Below are positions 1-9,861 of a stretch of DNA of 64,000 nucleotides, piece after piece. This DNA is from Patescibacteria group bacterium (lineage in GTDB: Bacteria; Patescibacteriota; Minisyncoccia; Minisyncoccales; UBA10102), in assembly GCA_022563395.1 (NCBI GenBank), contig JADFNM010000001.1, positions 19,891 through 83,890 on the forward strand, written 5' to 3'. Position numbers and translations under genes: made by a program. The notes under the pieces were generated by a model. The model saw nothing but the letters and a program-made list of their open reading frames with translations. It was not told the DNA's origin and ran no database searches. Position 1 is the first letter of the stretch; every line of letters starts with the position of its first letter.

Positions 1-398
1 CTTTTACCGACCCCAAAGAGGCAAGGGAATTTGCTCAAAAGACCGGAGTTGACAGTTTAGCCATTCTTATCGGTACGGTGCATGGCGTGTACAAAAAGAA
101 TCCCCGTCTCAATCTGAAACGGTTGCAAGAAATCAAAAAACGTGTTATGTGTTTTATGGTACTGCATGGGGGGTCTGGTACTCCAAGGCGAGATCTGCTC
201 CACGCAGTAAAGAGCGGAGTGGTGAAGGTGAATATTTCAACAGAACTGAGAGCCGCCTTTACCAACACCTTGAGAGCAACTCTGAAAGGGAAACCAGAGG
301 AAGTTACTCCGTATAAAATATTGCCGCCAAGTGTTCGGGCGGTACAGAAAGTAGCAGAATACCATATTCAGTTTTTGGGTTCTGCAAACAAAATCTAG
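1..398 (+). CDS. fba: class II fructose-bisphosphate aldolase, C-terminal part (5' end outside window)
   Basis: Frame-3 ORF open from the window edge. Residues ...LAILIGTVHGVYK...VLHGGSGTP...VKVNISTEL are typical of class II FBA. Confidence 0.85.
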   Translation, partial: FTDPKEAREFAQKTGVDSLAILIGTVHGVYKKNPRLNLKRLQEIKKRVMCFMVLHGGSGTPRRDLLHAVKSGVVKVNISTELRAAFTNTLRATLKGKPEEVTPYKILPPSVRAVQKVAEYHIQFLGSANKI

Positions 399-407
399 AC
401 AGAACAT

Positions 408-1073
408 ATGTTATCACTCAAAGGAACCCAAAGAAAAATACTTGGTAGGAAAGTGCGTGAGCTCCGAGTGAAAGGAGAGATTCCAGCCGTGTTGTATGGA
501 CCGGGATTCGACCCCGCAGTTTTGTCCGTTGCGAAAAAGGAGTTTGATGCAGTATACAAGGAGGTAGGGGAGAGTTCTCTTTTATCTCTTGTCATGGCGG
601 CAAAAAAGGCTCCAGTCCTTATTCGAGACGTACAGCGCCACCCGCTTTCAGGTGACACCATTCATGTTGACTTTTACCAGCCGAGACTTAATGAAAAGAT
701 TAAAATCATGGTGCCCCTGAGCTTTCAAGGAGAGGCCTCTGCCGCAGCCGACTTTGAAGGTACCCTTCTTCAAAACATGCACGAGGTTGAGGTTTCCTCG
801 TTGCCTCAAGACCTTCCTTCAGAGATTACAGTAGACGTCTCAGCGTTAAAGACTTTGGAAGACCGGATCTTGGTTGAGAATCTGCAGGTTGATTCTAAGG
901 TGGAGATTTTGGCTGAACCCGACTGGATTGTGGCTCAGGTGGTTCCGAAAGAAAACGTGGAAGAGGAACTTGCAAAGCCCGTGGAGGACGAGACAGCTGC
1001 TGTAGAGGCGGTTAAGATTGTGGAAGAGAAGAAAGAGGAAGGGGCCCCAGCAGAGGAGCAAAAGAGCTCGTAG
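408..1073 (+). CDS. rplY: ribosomal protein L25, Ctc form
   Basis: N-terminus RKVRELRVKGEIPAVLYG with a two-domain length and an acidic tail, as in the L25/Ctc family. Confidence 0.9.
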   Translation: MLSLKGTQRKILGRKVRELRVKGEIPAVLYGPGFDPAVLSVAKKEFDAVYKEVGESSLLSLVMAAKKAPVLIRDVQRHPLSGDTIHVDFYQPRLNEKIKIMVPLSFQGEASAAADFEGTLLQNMHEVEVSSLPQDLPSEITVDVSALKTLEDRILVENLQVDSKVEILAEPDWIVAQVVPKENVEEELAKPVEDETAAVEAVKIVEEKKEEGAPAEEQKSS

Positions 1074-1109
1074 TTTGCCGCCCTGCTGGGCGAGCCTCGC
1101 CTTTGGCGG

Positions 1110-1136
1110 GTATCTTGTATATAATATACAAGATAC
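1110..1136. promoter_or_regulatory. 27-nt perfect palindrome containing TATAAT, abutting the ATG at 1137
   Basis: GTATCTTGTATAT A ATATACAAGATAC has 13-bp arms. TATAAT lies at 1120-1125. Confidence 0.5.
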
Positions 1137-2486
1137 ATGAACTCAGCCACAAAACAACTCATCGGTATCTTGATGCTCGCAGCATTTCTGTTGCCGAGCC
1201 TTTTTGTCTATGCCCTAACCCCAGCGCAAGAACGGGAACAGCTGGAAGCAGAGCTTAAGGCCCTGGAAGAAGAGATTGGGGCAATTGAGGGGGATATAAC
1301 AAAGACCCAGCAGGAAAAGAAGACCCTGCAAAACGAGATTTCCATTTTAAGAAACAAGATACGGAAGCTTGATTTGCAGATTGTTCAGTCAAACAAAATC
1401 ATTGGTGACTTAAGAGGGCAGATTACCGATACTACCTTTTCCATATCAAGAACCGAAGAGGACATTGAAGTGAAGCGAGCGCAGTTAGCAGAGCTTTTGC
1501 AAAGGTTATACCAAGAGGACCAAAGAACCATGGTGGAGATTGTTTTAACCGGTCCCACCCTGTCTGACTTTTTTAATAATTTAGCTGCCCTGCAGTCCTT
1601 GCAAGACCGCAACAAAGAGCTTTTGGAAAGTACTATTGATCTTTCCTCGTATCTTAAAGGGCAAAAAGGCAAGCTGGAAACAGAGAAGTCGGAAGAAGAG
1701 AACTTTGTGAAAATTCAGATTCTCCAAAAGCAAGAGAGTCAGTACTTAACAGGTCAGAACCAGCAGCTCTTGGAAGTGACCAAAGGAAAGGAGTCTGAAT
1801 ACCAAAAACTCCTAGCTGACCGTCAGCAGCAGGCAAGCGCAATACGCTCTCGCATCTTTGAACTTATCGGAGTACCAGAAGCCCCAACCTTTGGGGAGGC
1901 GGTTCAGATTGCAGAGGCTGTGACCCAGCTAACCAAGGTGAGAGCCCCCTTTTTACTGGCAGTGTTAACGCAAGAGTCTAATATTGGAAAGAATGTAGGC
2001 CAATGTTACTTAAAAGACACCCAGACCGGAAACGGGGAAACGGTTAACGGAACCTTTGTGCGCCGTGTCATGAAACCAACAAGAGACGTGAAACCTTTCT
2101 TAGAGATAACGCAGGAGCTGGGGAGAGATCCTTTCAATACTGCTGTTTCTTGCCCTATCCCTTCAGTTGGGGGATACGGAGGCGCCATGGGTCCTGCCCA
2201 GTTTATCCCTTCAACCTGGCTCGCGTACAAAGACGAGATTGCACAGTTAAAGGGAAGTCCTGCTGATCCTTGGAATATTAGGGATGCATTCTTGGCCTCT
2301 GCGGTGTACTTGGCTGATGTTGGGGCAACAAGGCAAACCTTTGAGTATGAATGGTGTGCCGCCGTCTCTTACTTTTCTGGCAACTGCTCTTCGCGAAACC
2401 AGATACGATATGAGTTCTATGGGGACAACGTGATGGCAATCACGAGAAGGTACGAACAAGACATTGCAGCCCTGAAAGGAAATTAA
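1137..2486 (+). CDS. secreted coiled-coil protein with C-terminal lytic transglycosylase-like domain
   Basis: Signal/TM N-terminus and a long heptad-rich region. The C-terminal part reads LTQESNIG...GAMGPAQFIPSTW...AVYL, which is SLT/MltB-like. Confidence 0.65.
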   Translation: MNSATKQLIGILMLAAFLLPSLFVYALTPAQEREQLEAELKALEEEIGAIEGDITKTQQEKKTLQNEISILRNKIRKLDLQIVQSNKIIGDLRGQITDTTFSISRTEEDIEVKRAQLAELLQRLYQEDQRTMVEIVLTGPTLSDFFNNLAALQSLQDRNKELLESTIDLSSYLKGQKGKLETEKSEEENFVKIQILQKQESQYLTGQNQQLLEVTKGKESEYQKLLADRQQQASAIRSRIFELIGVPEAPTFGEAVQIAEAVTQLTKVRAPFLLAVLTQESNIGKNVGQCYLKDTQTGNGETVNGTFVRRVMKPTRDVKPFLEITQELGRDPFNTAVSCPIPSVGGYGGAMGPAQFIPSTWLAYKDEIAQLKGSPADPWNIRDAFLASAVYLADVGATRQTFEYEWCAAVSYFSGNCSSRNQIRYEFYGDNVMAITRRYEQDIAALKGN

Positions 2487-2490
2487 GTCT

Positions 2491-2529
2491 GCTTAAACGA
2501 GATTTAAGAGCTCTTAAATCTCGTTTAGG
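2491..2529. repeat. palindromic element with arms in swapped order and no DnaA-box loop
   Basis: GCTTAAACGAGATTTAAGAG|CTCTTAAATCTCGTTTAGG lies between convergent genes. It uses the same 16-mer arms as the elements at 20299, 28058, 36169 and 47282. Confidence 0.85.
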
Positions 2530-2531
2530 AA

Positions 2532-3575
2532 TCAATGGGATTTTTGGTAGTTGGCGAGGGATTCTATAACAGGGTCAATATCCCCCGCCATGATTTTTTC
2601 TATTCCATGCCAACTTTGCTCAATGCGATGATCAGTAATTCGATCCTGCGGATAGTTATACGTTCTAATCTTTTCTACTCTTTTTGCCCAGCCAATCTGG
2701 GCTTTTCTTTGACCTGCAGCTTCCTTTTCTTCCTTTTCTTCCTTTTGTTGCAAGAGTTTTGATTCCAGCAAGGATAATGCCGCTTCCTTGTTTTTTTGCT
2801 GGGAGCGGGATGCTTGTGAGAACACCATGAAGCCCGAGGGAACATGGGTGAGCCGTACTGCGGTTTGCCTTTTGTTCACGTTTTGGCCGCCAGGTCCGGA
2901 AGAACCGGTAAACTCTATTTTTAAGTCTTGGGGATTAATCTGAAACTGGGTTTTCTTTGCTTTGGGAATGAGAGCTACGGTCGCAGTGGAGGTGTGAATG
3001 CGCCCCGCCTTTTCTGTTTCCGGGATTCTTTGAACCCGGTGTACCCCTCCCTCATATTGCAGGTTCAAGAATGCATCTTCCCCCTTTACCTCCAATGCTG
3101 CGTTCTTTATGCCCCCAATGTTGGTGCGGTCTTCTTCCAACAGAGTAGTTTTCCATCTCTTCTTTGCTGCATACTTTTGGTACATGCTGAGAAGATCTGC
3201 AGCAAACAGGGCTGCTTCTTCACCACCCGTTCCCGCGCGAAACTCCATGATAAGAGCTTCTGGCAGATCTTCTTGGCCTTTTGCCAAAAGTTCTTCCAGC
3301 TCCTTTTCTGCACCTCTAAACCTTTCTTGAAGTGTTTTCGTTTCAGCTTCTGCTAAAGTGAGCAACTCTGGTTGGTCTTCAGCACCCAACAGTTCTTGAT
3401 TCTCTGTGAGCTGGGTCCTTAGGTCTTCTGTTTCTTTTGCCTTGTCTAAGATTTTCTCAAGCTTTGCTTTCTTCTTGGAGAGTTCTTGGAAACGCTGGTA
3501 ATCAGAAATTAACTCCGGGTTCTGAAGCTCTTTTAAGAGGTTCTGGTATTCTTGCTTTAACTCCTCCAGGTTCAT
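2532..3575 (-). CDS. prfA: peptide chain release factor 1
   Basis: GGQ motif (SGPGGQNVN) and [14 protein letters not shown] (PxT-type). The start is taken at MNLEELKQ, whose ATG overlaps the rpmE stop (ATGA at 3572-3575). Confidence 0.92.
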   Translation of the reverse strand: MNLEELKQEYQNLLKELQNPELISDYQRFQELSKKKAKLEKILDKAKETEDLRTQLTENQELLGAEDQPELLTLAEAETKTLQERFRGAEKELEELLAKGQEDLPEALIMEFRAGTGGEEAALFAADLLSMYQKYAAKKRWKTTLLEEDRTNIGGIKNAALEVKGEDAFLNLQYEGGVHRVQRIPETEKAGRIHTSTATVALIPKAKKTQFQINPQDLKIEFTGSSGPGGQNVNKRQTAVRLTHVPSGFMVFSQASRSQQKNKEAALSLLESKLLQQKEEKEEKEAAGQRKAQIGWAKRVEKIRTYNYPQDRITDHRIEQSWHGIEKIMAGDIDPVIESLANYQKSH

Positions 3576-3778
3576 TTCTTCTTTAAGAGTCTGGCGCGGA
3601 ACTTCTGGACCTGACCAACCTTGTCCATGATTTTCTCTTTGCCAGTGTAGAATGGATGGCAGGCAGAACATACCTCAATCTCAATGAGTTCTTGCGTTGC
3701 CCCGAGGGTAAAGGTATTGCCGCAAGCGCACGTCACCTTTGCCTTTGGGAAGTATTGTGGGTGAATATCTTTTTTCAT
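3572..3778 (-). CDS. rpmE: ribosomal protein L31
   Basis: MKKDIHPQY...CxCG...[10 protein letters not shown] is the L31 signature. The start is taken at MKKDIHP. Confidence 0.92.
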   Translation of the reverse strand: MKKDIHPQYFPKAKVTCACGNTFTLGATQELIEIEVCSACHPFYTGKEKIMDKVGQVQKFRARLLKKK

Positions 3779-3843
3779 AGATAGTATGAGGTACTTTAGC
3801 ATACTTGCGAAAGGAAATCAATTGTGATATAAAGACGATTGCT

Positions 3844-4548
3844 ATGGCAGTTGTTACGAAACCAACAGAACAAAAACTTGATCCTATCACGCAAGAGATG
3901 ATGGCGGCTGGTTTGCATTTTGGGCACAAAACGTCAAAGACACATCCCAAGATGCGCCCTTTCATTACCGGAGTGCGAAACACCGTGCATATCATTGACT
4001 TGGAAAAGACCAAAGAAAAGCTCAAAGAAGTTACAGAGTATGTAAAGAAGTTAAAAGAGGAAGGGAAAATACTCTTGTTGGTGGGAACCAAGGTGCAGCA
4101 GCGTTCTTTGATTCAAGAGACAGCAAAGGCCTGTGGTCTGCCCTTTGTCACACAGCGATGGATTGGTGGGACCTTTACCAACTTTGGCATTATTTCAAAA
4201 CGGATTGAACGGTTAAAGGAGTTGGAGGAGCAGCAGGCCTCAGGGGAGTGGGATGAGAAATATACCAAGAAGGAACAGCTGGATCTCAAAGAGGAAATCC
4301 GCACCTTAGAGACACGCTTTGGGGGTATAAAAGAACTTACCAAGGTTCCTGATGCCATATTTATTTGTGATTTAAAAGAGAATGTCTCGGCAGTGCGGGA
4401 AGCAAAGAAGAAGAGTATTCCCATCATTGCCATTTCAGATACCGATACAAACCCAGAAGAGGCAGATTACTTTGTTCCCGCAAACAACGACGCGGTTAGC
4501 TCGCTTAAATATATTCTTGATAAGATTCAGGAAGCATGGATAAAATAG
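3844..4548 (+). CDS. rpsB: ribosomal protein S2
   Basis: AAGLHFGHKTSKTHPKMRPFI...VHIIDLEKT is typical of S2. The start is taken at MAVVTK. Confidence 0.92.
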   Translation: MAVVTKPTEQKLDPITQEMMAAGLHFGHKTSKTHPKMRPFITGVRNTVHIIDLEKTKEKLKEVTEYVKKLKEEGKILLLVGTKVQQRSLIQETAKACGLPFVTQRWIGGTFTNFGIISKRIERLKELEEQQASGEWDEKYTKKEQLDLKEEIRTLETRFGGIKELTKVPDAIFICDLKENVSAVREAKKKSIPIIAISDTDTNPEEADYFVPANNDAVSSLKYILDKIQEAWIK

Positions 4549-4550
4549 GT

Positions 4551-5000
4551 ATGGCAGGAATTGACGATATAAAAGAGTTGAGGTCAGATACGAGCATGTC
4601 GGTAACAGACGTGAAAAATGCTTTGGAAGAGGCAAAAGGAGATATGACAAGGGCAAAAGAGCTTCTGCGTTCTCGCGGAGCTGAAATTGCACAAAAGAAG
4701 CAAGAAAGGGAAGCTGGCGAGGGAATCGTTGAAACATATCTTCATGCCACAGGAAAGACGGGGGTTATCTTAGACCTACGCTCTGAAACCGACTTTGTTG
4801 CAAAATCTCCGGACTTCAAAGCATTGGCCCATGAACTGGTGCTGCAGATAGCTGCCATGGATCCAGAATCCGTAGAGGAGCTTTTAGCGCAAGACTATGT
4901 GAAAGATCCTTCAAAGAAGGTGCAGAATCTTTTGGAAGAATATATTGCGAAACTCGGAGAAAACATTGTTGTAAAGCGATTTTCGCGTTACCAGATATGA
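4551..5000 (+). CDS. tsf: elongation factor Ts, short form
   Basis: UBA-like N-terminus (IKELRSDTSMSVTDVKNALEEAKGDMTRAKELLR) and TDFVAKS. It follows rpsB as in the conserved rpsB-tsf pair. Confidence 0.88.
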   Translation: MAGIDDIKELRSDTSMSVTDVKNALEEAKGDMTRAKELLRSRGAEIAQKKQEREAGEGIVETYLHATGKTGVILDLRSETDFVAKSPDFKALAHELVLQIAAMDPESVEELLAQDYVKDPSKKVQNLLEEYIAKLGENIVVKRFSRYQI

Positions 5001-5356
5001 TAGGAGTTATTGCGGCATCAGTCATTCTTATTTTCAGCACTGCTGGCCTTTTGTATTTTGCAGTAAAGAAAGCCCCGATGCTTTTAGCATATCCCGCAAG
5101 AGAGGAAGGCAACTTGCCAAAAGAGATTTTAAAGAAGATTGCAGACAAGGTACAGGATTTAAAAGTCCTGCATCAGGTTGCCTCCCCCGACATGCTCTTG
5201 CAGAATGTGCTTTCCAAGACCAGGATTGTGGCCCTCAAGACCGAGTCAAAGACCGGCAAGATCTTGGAAAATCTGAGAAAGAGATCCCAGGGAAAGAGTG
5301 GCAATTCCAAGTTTTCAGATGACTATTGGAAAAAGCTCAGGAAAAAGAGGGTGTGA
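4997..5356 (+). CDS. hypothetical membrane-anchored protein
   Basis: ATGA overlap with tsf. One N-terminal TM helix and a basic tail. No recognisable family. Confidence 0.5.
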   Translation: MIGVIAASVILIFSTAGLLYFAVKKAPMLLAYPAREEGNLPKEILKKIADKVQDLKVLHQVASPDMLLQNVLSKTRIVALKTESKTGKILENLRKRSQGKSGNSKFSDDYWKKLRKKRV

Positions 5357-5363
5357 CCGTTAT

Positions 5364-5438
5364 GCCGAGGTAGCTCAGTGGAAGAGCAACTGTTTTGTAA
5401 ACAGTAGGTCGCGAGTTCGAATCTCGCCCTCGGCTCCA
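5364..5438 (+). tRNA. tRNA-Thr (anticodon UGU), CCA encoded
   Basis: Cloverleaf read by hand: acceptor GCCGAGG/CCTCGGC, anticodon stem ACTGT/ACAGT with loop TTTGTAA, and T arm GCGAG-TTCGAAT-CTCGC. Confidence 0.9.
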
Positions 5439-5442
5439 GGTC

Positions 5443-5471
5443 TTGACTAGGGGGTCAGGACATAGTATCCT
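5443..5471 (+). promoter_or_regulatory. candidate 16S promoter (TTGACT-17-TATCCT)
   Basis: The -35 TTGACT is at 5443-5448 and TATCCT lies 17 nt later, about 270 nt upstream of 16S. The -10 is weak. Confidence 0.35.
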
Positions 5472-5570
5472 TTCTATACAAGGCTTATGTAGATTCTTTG
5501 CCACATTAGTTTCTTTTAAAAGACAATTCCCGAAGGTGTTCTTATTGAATGCCTTCGGGAGTTGTTTTGA

Positions 5571-5641
5571 CCCCGTTAGAGGCCCGATTTTCCCCACTGG
5601 AAAAATCGGCAGAAACCAAAGGTTTCTTGCCTCTAACGGGG
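5571..5641 (+). other. three-way-junction RNA structure in the 16S leader
   Basis: A 13-bp closing stem (CCCCGTTAGAGGC at 5571-5583 with GCCTCTAACGGGG at 5629-5641) encloses hairpins at 5584-5609 and 5611-5627. Confidence 0.5.
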
Positions 5642-5695
5642 TTGACCCAATTCCCGTTCTTTAAAAATTACATACGAAAGTAAGTTAAGTTGATT

Positions 5696-5715
5696 CTTGA
5701 GAGTTGTTCCGACTC
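5696..5715 (+). other. 5' half of the 16S processing stem (pairs with 7404-7424)
   Basis: CTTGAGAGTTGTTCCGACTC is complementary to GAGTCGGAGCAACTCTCAGAG in the spacer, with two G-U pairs. This is the classic RNase III-type stem flanking 16S. Confidence 0.7.
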
Positions 5716-5739
5716 TATTAGTACTCTTATAAGAGTACG

Positions 5740-7215
<1,476 letters not shown>

Positions 7216-7513
7216 TTCGAAGTGTCGTCCAGATAGCCCAGCCCTTTCTACGTTTCTGCACTGTCAATCGACGAGTGTGGTAATGTGGAAAGGTATTCTT
7301 CACGAAATTGTATTTTTTGAGGAAAGCGCGGGGTGATCTGAGGTTTGACTGGAGCCATAGAATCTAGTTCCTGCCCACATCTGTAAAGTTGTGGCGGGTT
7401 GTGGAGTCGGAGCAACTCTCAGAGATCAACTTACAAGAGCAAGGTCTTCACAAAAGGCCTGTTTTTGTTTATGATAGAGAACGAACATTTCCTTAATCTC
7501 GTTAAGGAAATAT

Positions 7514-7585
7514 GCGCGTGTAGTTCATTGGCAGAACGCTTCTCTGATAAAGAAGAGGTAGAAGGTTCGATTCCTTCCACGCGCA
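7514..7585 (+). tRNA. tRNA-Ile (anticodon GAU)
   Basis: Acceptor GCGCGTG/CACGCGC, anticodon loop CTGATAA and T loop TTCGATT. No encoded CCA. Confidence 0.9.
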
Positions 7586-7591
7586 CAATTT

Positions 7592-7663
7592 GGGCCTGTA
7601 GTTTAGTGGTAGAACACCTCATTTGCAATGAGGAGATCGTGGGTTCGATTCCCACCAGGTCCA
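7592..7663 (+). tRNA. tRNA-Ala (anticodon UGC)
   Basis: Acceptor GGGCCTG/CAGGTCC with the G3:U70 identity pair. Anticodon loop TTTGCAA. No encoded CCA. Confidence 0.9.
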
Positions 7664-7687
7664 CAGATATAAACTTAATGAAATAAC

Positions 7688-8191
7688 ATGTTTGAATATA
7701 ATTGGAAAAACAAAGAAGCAAGCTTCGGACCGCCAGTAGCAAAAGAAGTTCCAGGCGGTACACATATTTCCATTGAAAACATTTTAACGTTCCAAGGGAA
7801 GTTCGTTGCGTTGAGACGACCAGAGGCAAACCCACAGCACGAGATACCAGAAAAAGCACAGAAAGCTAAAAAAGCGCTCCTGTATTTTGTGCATAACCTT
7901 CCACGTTGGGGCGAGACCCTGGATCAGTACGTCAACCGTGTCGTGATGGATTACGCAGGGGTAAAAGTGAGAAGCTACAAGGTTGTTGGACTCGACATAG
8001 AACTGTACGAAGACACTCAGCAGTGGGCGTGGACACCCTATACCTTTGTAGAACTTGAGTCTCTGCCTACCTCGGGAGTGTATGGCAATGAAATTACCGA
8101 GGTGGTAACGTTTAACATAAATACTATTCCAGACGAGTTTGGCTGGTGGGAGAAAGGTGAGTTGGAGCAATTTCTTCGTAAATCTCAGTAA
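7688..8191 (+). CDS. hypothetical protein
   Basis: A 167-aa ORF starting 24 nt after tRNA-Ala. No family recognised. Confidence 0.5.
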   Translation: MFEYNWKNKEASFGPPVAKEVPGGTHISIENILTFQGKFVALRRPEANPQHEIPEKAQKAKKALLYFVHNLPRWGETLDQYVNRVVMDYAGVKVRSYKVVGLDIELYEDTQQWAWTPYTFVELESLPTSGVYGNEITEVVTFNINTIPDEFGWWEKGELEQFLRKSQ

Positions 8192-8314
8192 TCTGTCTGA
8201 GTTCTGAGAGAAGTTGGTTTCCCGCCTACGCTAAAGCTACGGACGGGCAAGGCAACTGAGCCCGCAGTTTAAGACAAAGTCGAAAAATAATCTCAGTTAA
8301 GCATTTTATTTACT

Positions 8315-8620
8315 ATGCAAAGTTTCATTAACTTTATCAGAGAGCAAGGTGTAATGGGTCTGGCGATTGGTTTTATTTTAGGAGGTGCGGTATCAAAAGT
8401 TGTTGCGTCGTTCGTAGAAGACATCATTAATCCTATACTCGGGATTATATTGGGAGCCGCAGGAGCGCTTGATGCTGCAGTACTTAAAGTTGGTCCTGTT
8501 GAGATTTTGTGGGGAAGTTTTGCGGCCACGATAATTGACTTTGTAATTATAGCTCTTGTTATTTTTTACGGTTTTAAATTCTTAAAACTGGAAAAATTGG
8601 ACAAGAAGAAAGGTAGCTAG
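8315..8620 (+). CDS. mscL: large-conductance mechanosensitive channel
   Basis: FINFIREQGVMGLAIGFILGGA... with two TM helices and a KKK tail. Length and pattern match MscL. Confidence 0.85.
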   Translation: MQSFINFIREQGVMGLAIGFILGGAVSKVVASFVEDIINPILGIILGAAGALDAAVLKVGPVEILWGSFAATIIDFVIIALVIFYGFKFLKLEKLDKKKGS

Positions 8621-8739
8621 AAACAAAACAGTTGTTTTCCACAGGCAGGGTATATTGACAGCCTGTTTTTTGGTATAATATTTCAATATCTCAAAAGGTC
8701 GTTTTTTGTTGTTTTGAAACTAAATACATAATATTTAAA

Positions 8740-8946
8740 ATGGTGCAAAAAGGTACAATAAGTTTAGCTGTCGGCATCCTCTTGGTTGTTGGTGGTTTAA
8801 ACTGGGGATTGGTTGGACTTTTCAACCTGGATGTTGTTGCCACCGTCTTTGGAGGAACCGCAGCATTGGGATCTAAAGTGGTCTATGTGCTTGTGGGTCT
8901 CGCAGCTTTGTATAAGCTGGCCAAGATGGTGGGAGTAGTGAAGTAA
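8740..8946 (+). CDS. DUF378-like small membrane protein
   Basis: 68 aa with two TM helices and GGLNWGLVGLFNLDVV, which is typical of DUF378. An extended -10 TGGTATAAT lies at 8671-8679. Confidence 0.7.
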   Translation: MVQKGTISLAVGILLVVGGLNWGLVGLFNLDVVATVFGGTAALGSKVVYVLVGLAALYKLAKMVGVVK

Positions 8947-9004
8947 TTGATACTTCTTTCCGCCCCCCACCGTACGGTGGGGGATCAAAGAGGCATTTAT
9001 TCTC

Positions 9005-9433
9005 ATGCTGTACTCATTTTTTACTCTTTTAAGCCGCATTATTCCTGCAAGGGAGGTGTTTGCGCATTGCGACATTCCTTGTGGTATATACACACCACAG
9101 CCAGCTCAAACTGCGGCTAGAACCGTGGTAAAGATGGTAGAAAAGCTTCAGGAAATAAGTCCTACTGACATTCACGGGATTTCACGACTTACTGCGGTGA
9201 AAGAAGAACATGCCCAGATTGCAAAGGAGCAGCTCCTTATTTTGTGGACTGATTACTTTGCAGAGGAGCATCTCAAAGCATTTCCCGATCTCCATGAAAC
9301 CTTTTGGAAGGCAACAAAGCTTTGCAGTAAGGTAAAACAGGAGGTGAATATGCAGGCGGCGCAGGACTTGCAAAAGGCGGTAGATGAGATAGCAGAGATG
9401 TTCCAAGAGGCAGAGAGGGCAAAGAAGCAATGA
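9005..9433 (+). CDS. sodN: nickel superoxide dismutase precursor
   Basis: A 20-aa leader is followed by HCDIPCGIY (from 9065), the Ni-hook motif His-Cys-x-x-Pro-Cys-Gly-x-Tyr. The 4-helix-bundle length fits. Confidence 0.85.
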   Translation: MLYSFFTLLSRIIPAREVFAHCDIPCGIYTPQPAQTAARTVVKMVEKLQEISPTDIHGISRLTAVKEEHAQIAKEQLLILWTDYFAEEHLKAFPDLHETFWKATKLCSKVKQEVNMQAAQDLQKAVDEIAEMFQEAERAKKQ

Positions 9434-9798
9434 TTTCCTACTTCAAAGTGAGAGAACAAAGCATGGAACCCTGGGCTAGGGAAGGAGACTTTGTGGTAGT
9501 AGATAGGATGTCCTATCTTTTTTTAAAACCCAAGATAGGACATGTTGTAGTAGCAAGGCACCCCAAAAAACCTAGCATACTGCTCTTAAAACGTATTGTT
9601 AGAGAACAGAAGGATAGGTACTGGATAGAGGGAGATTGCACCTCAAAAAGCACAGATAGTAGGCATTTTGGGTGGCTCAAAAGAGATTTTTTGGTAGGAA
9701 AAGTTATCCACAAGACAAGCTCCCTTGCTTGTAGTATAATGGCACAATGCATAAATAGGCATATTAAGGTAGTGCCATTTGTGCGAGCACGCACATAA
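9430..9798 (+). CDS. sodX: S26-family signal-peptidase-like NiSOD maturation protease
   Basis: SMEP (Ser motif) and LLKRIV (Lys motif) match the S26 family. The 4-nt overlap with sodN matches the usual sodN-sodX pairing. Confidence 0.75.
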   Translation: MISYFKVREQSMEPWAREGDFVVVDRMSYLFLKPKIGHVVVARHPKKPSILLLKRIVREQKDRYWIEGDCTSKSTDSRHFGWLKRDFLVGKVIHKTSSLACSIMAQCINRHIKVVPFVRART

Positions 9799-9861
9799 TG
9801 TCATAATCCTTTAAAGGTCGGGAAAAGTACTTTGCATAACTAAAATAAACATACACACAAT

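Noticed and set aside
3576-3671. An N-terminal extension of the prfA ORF (32 extra codons overlapping rpmE), and similar upstream extensions of rpsB, tsf, rpiB, pyrH, the ABC genes and others in the ORF track.
   Set aside because: The conserved protein N-termini begin at internal Met codons that give ATGA or short-gap coupling with the upstream gene. The extensions overlap neighbouring genes or repeats.
7399-7686. A 95-aa ORF spanning the spacer, tRNA-Ile and tRNA-Ala, and its antisense partner at 7431-7859.
   Set aside because: The interval is explained by two well-folded tRNAs and the 16S processing stem.
8192-8314. CTGAGAG-containing intergenic sequence checked as a TPP riboswitch. Leaders of the ZIP and HMA genes were also checked for metal riboswitches.
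   Set aside because: Only the short CTGAGA string matches. The other conserved TPP elements (ACCC...GAACCTGATC...) and the metal-riboswitch cores are absent.
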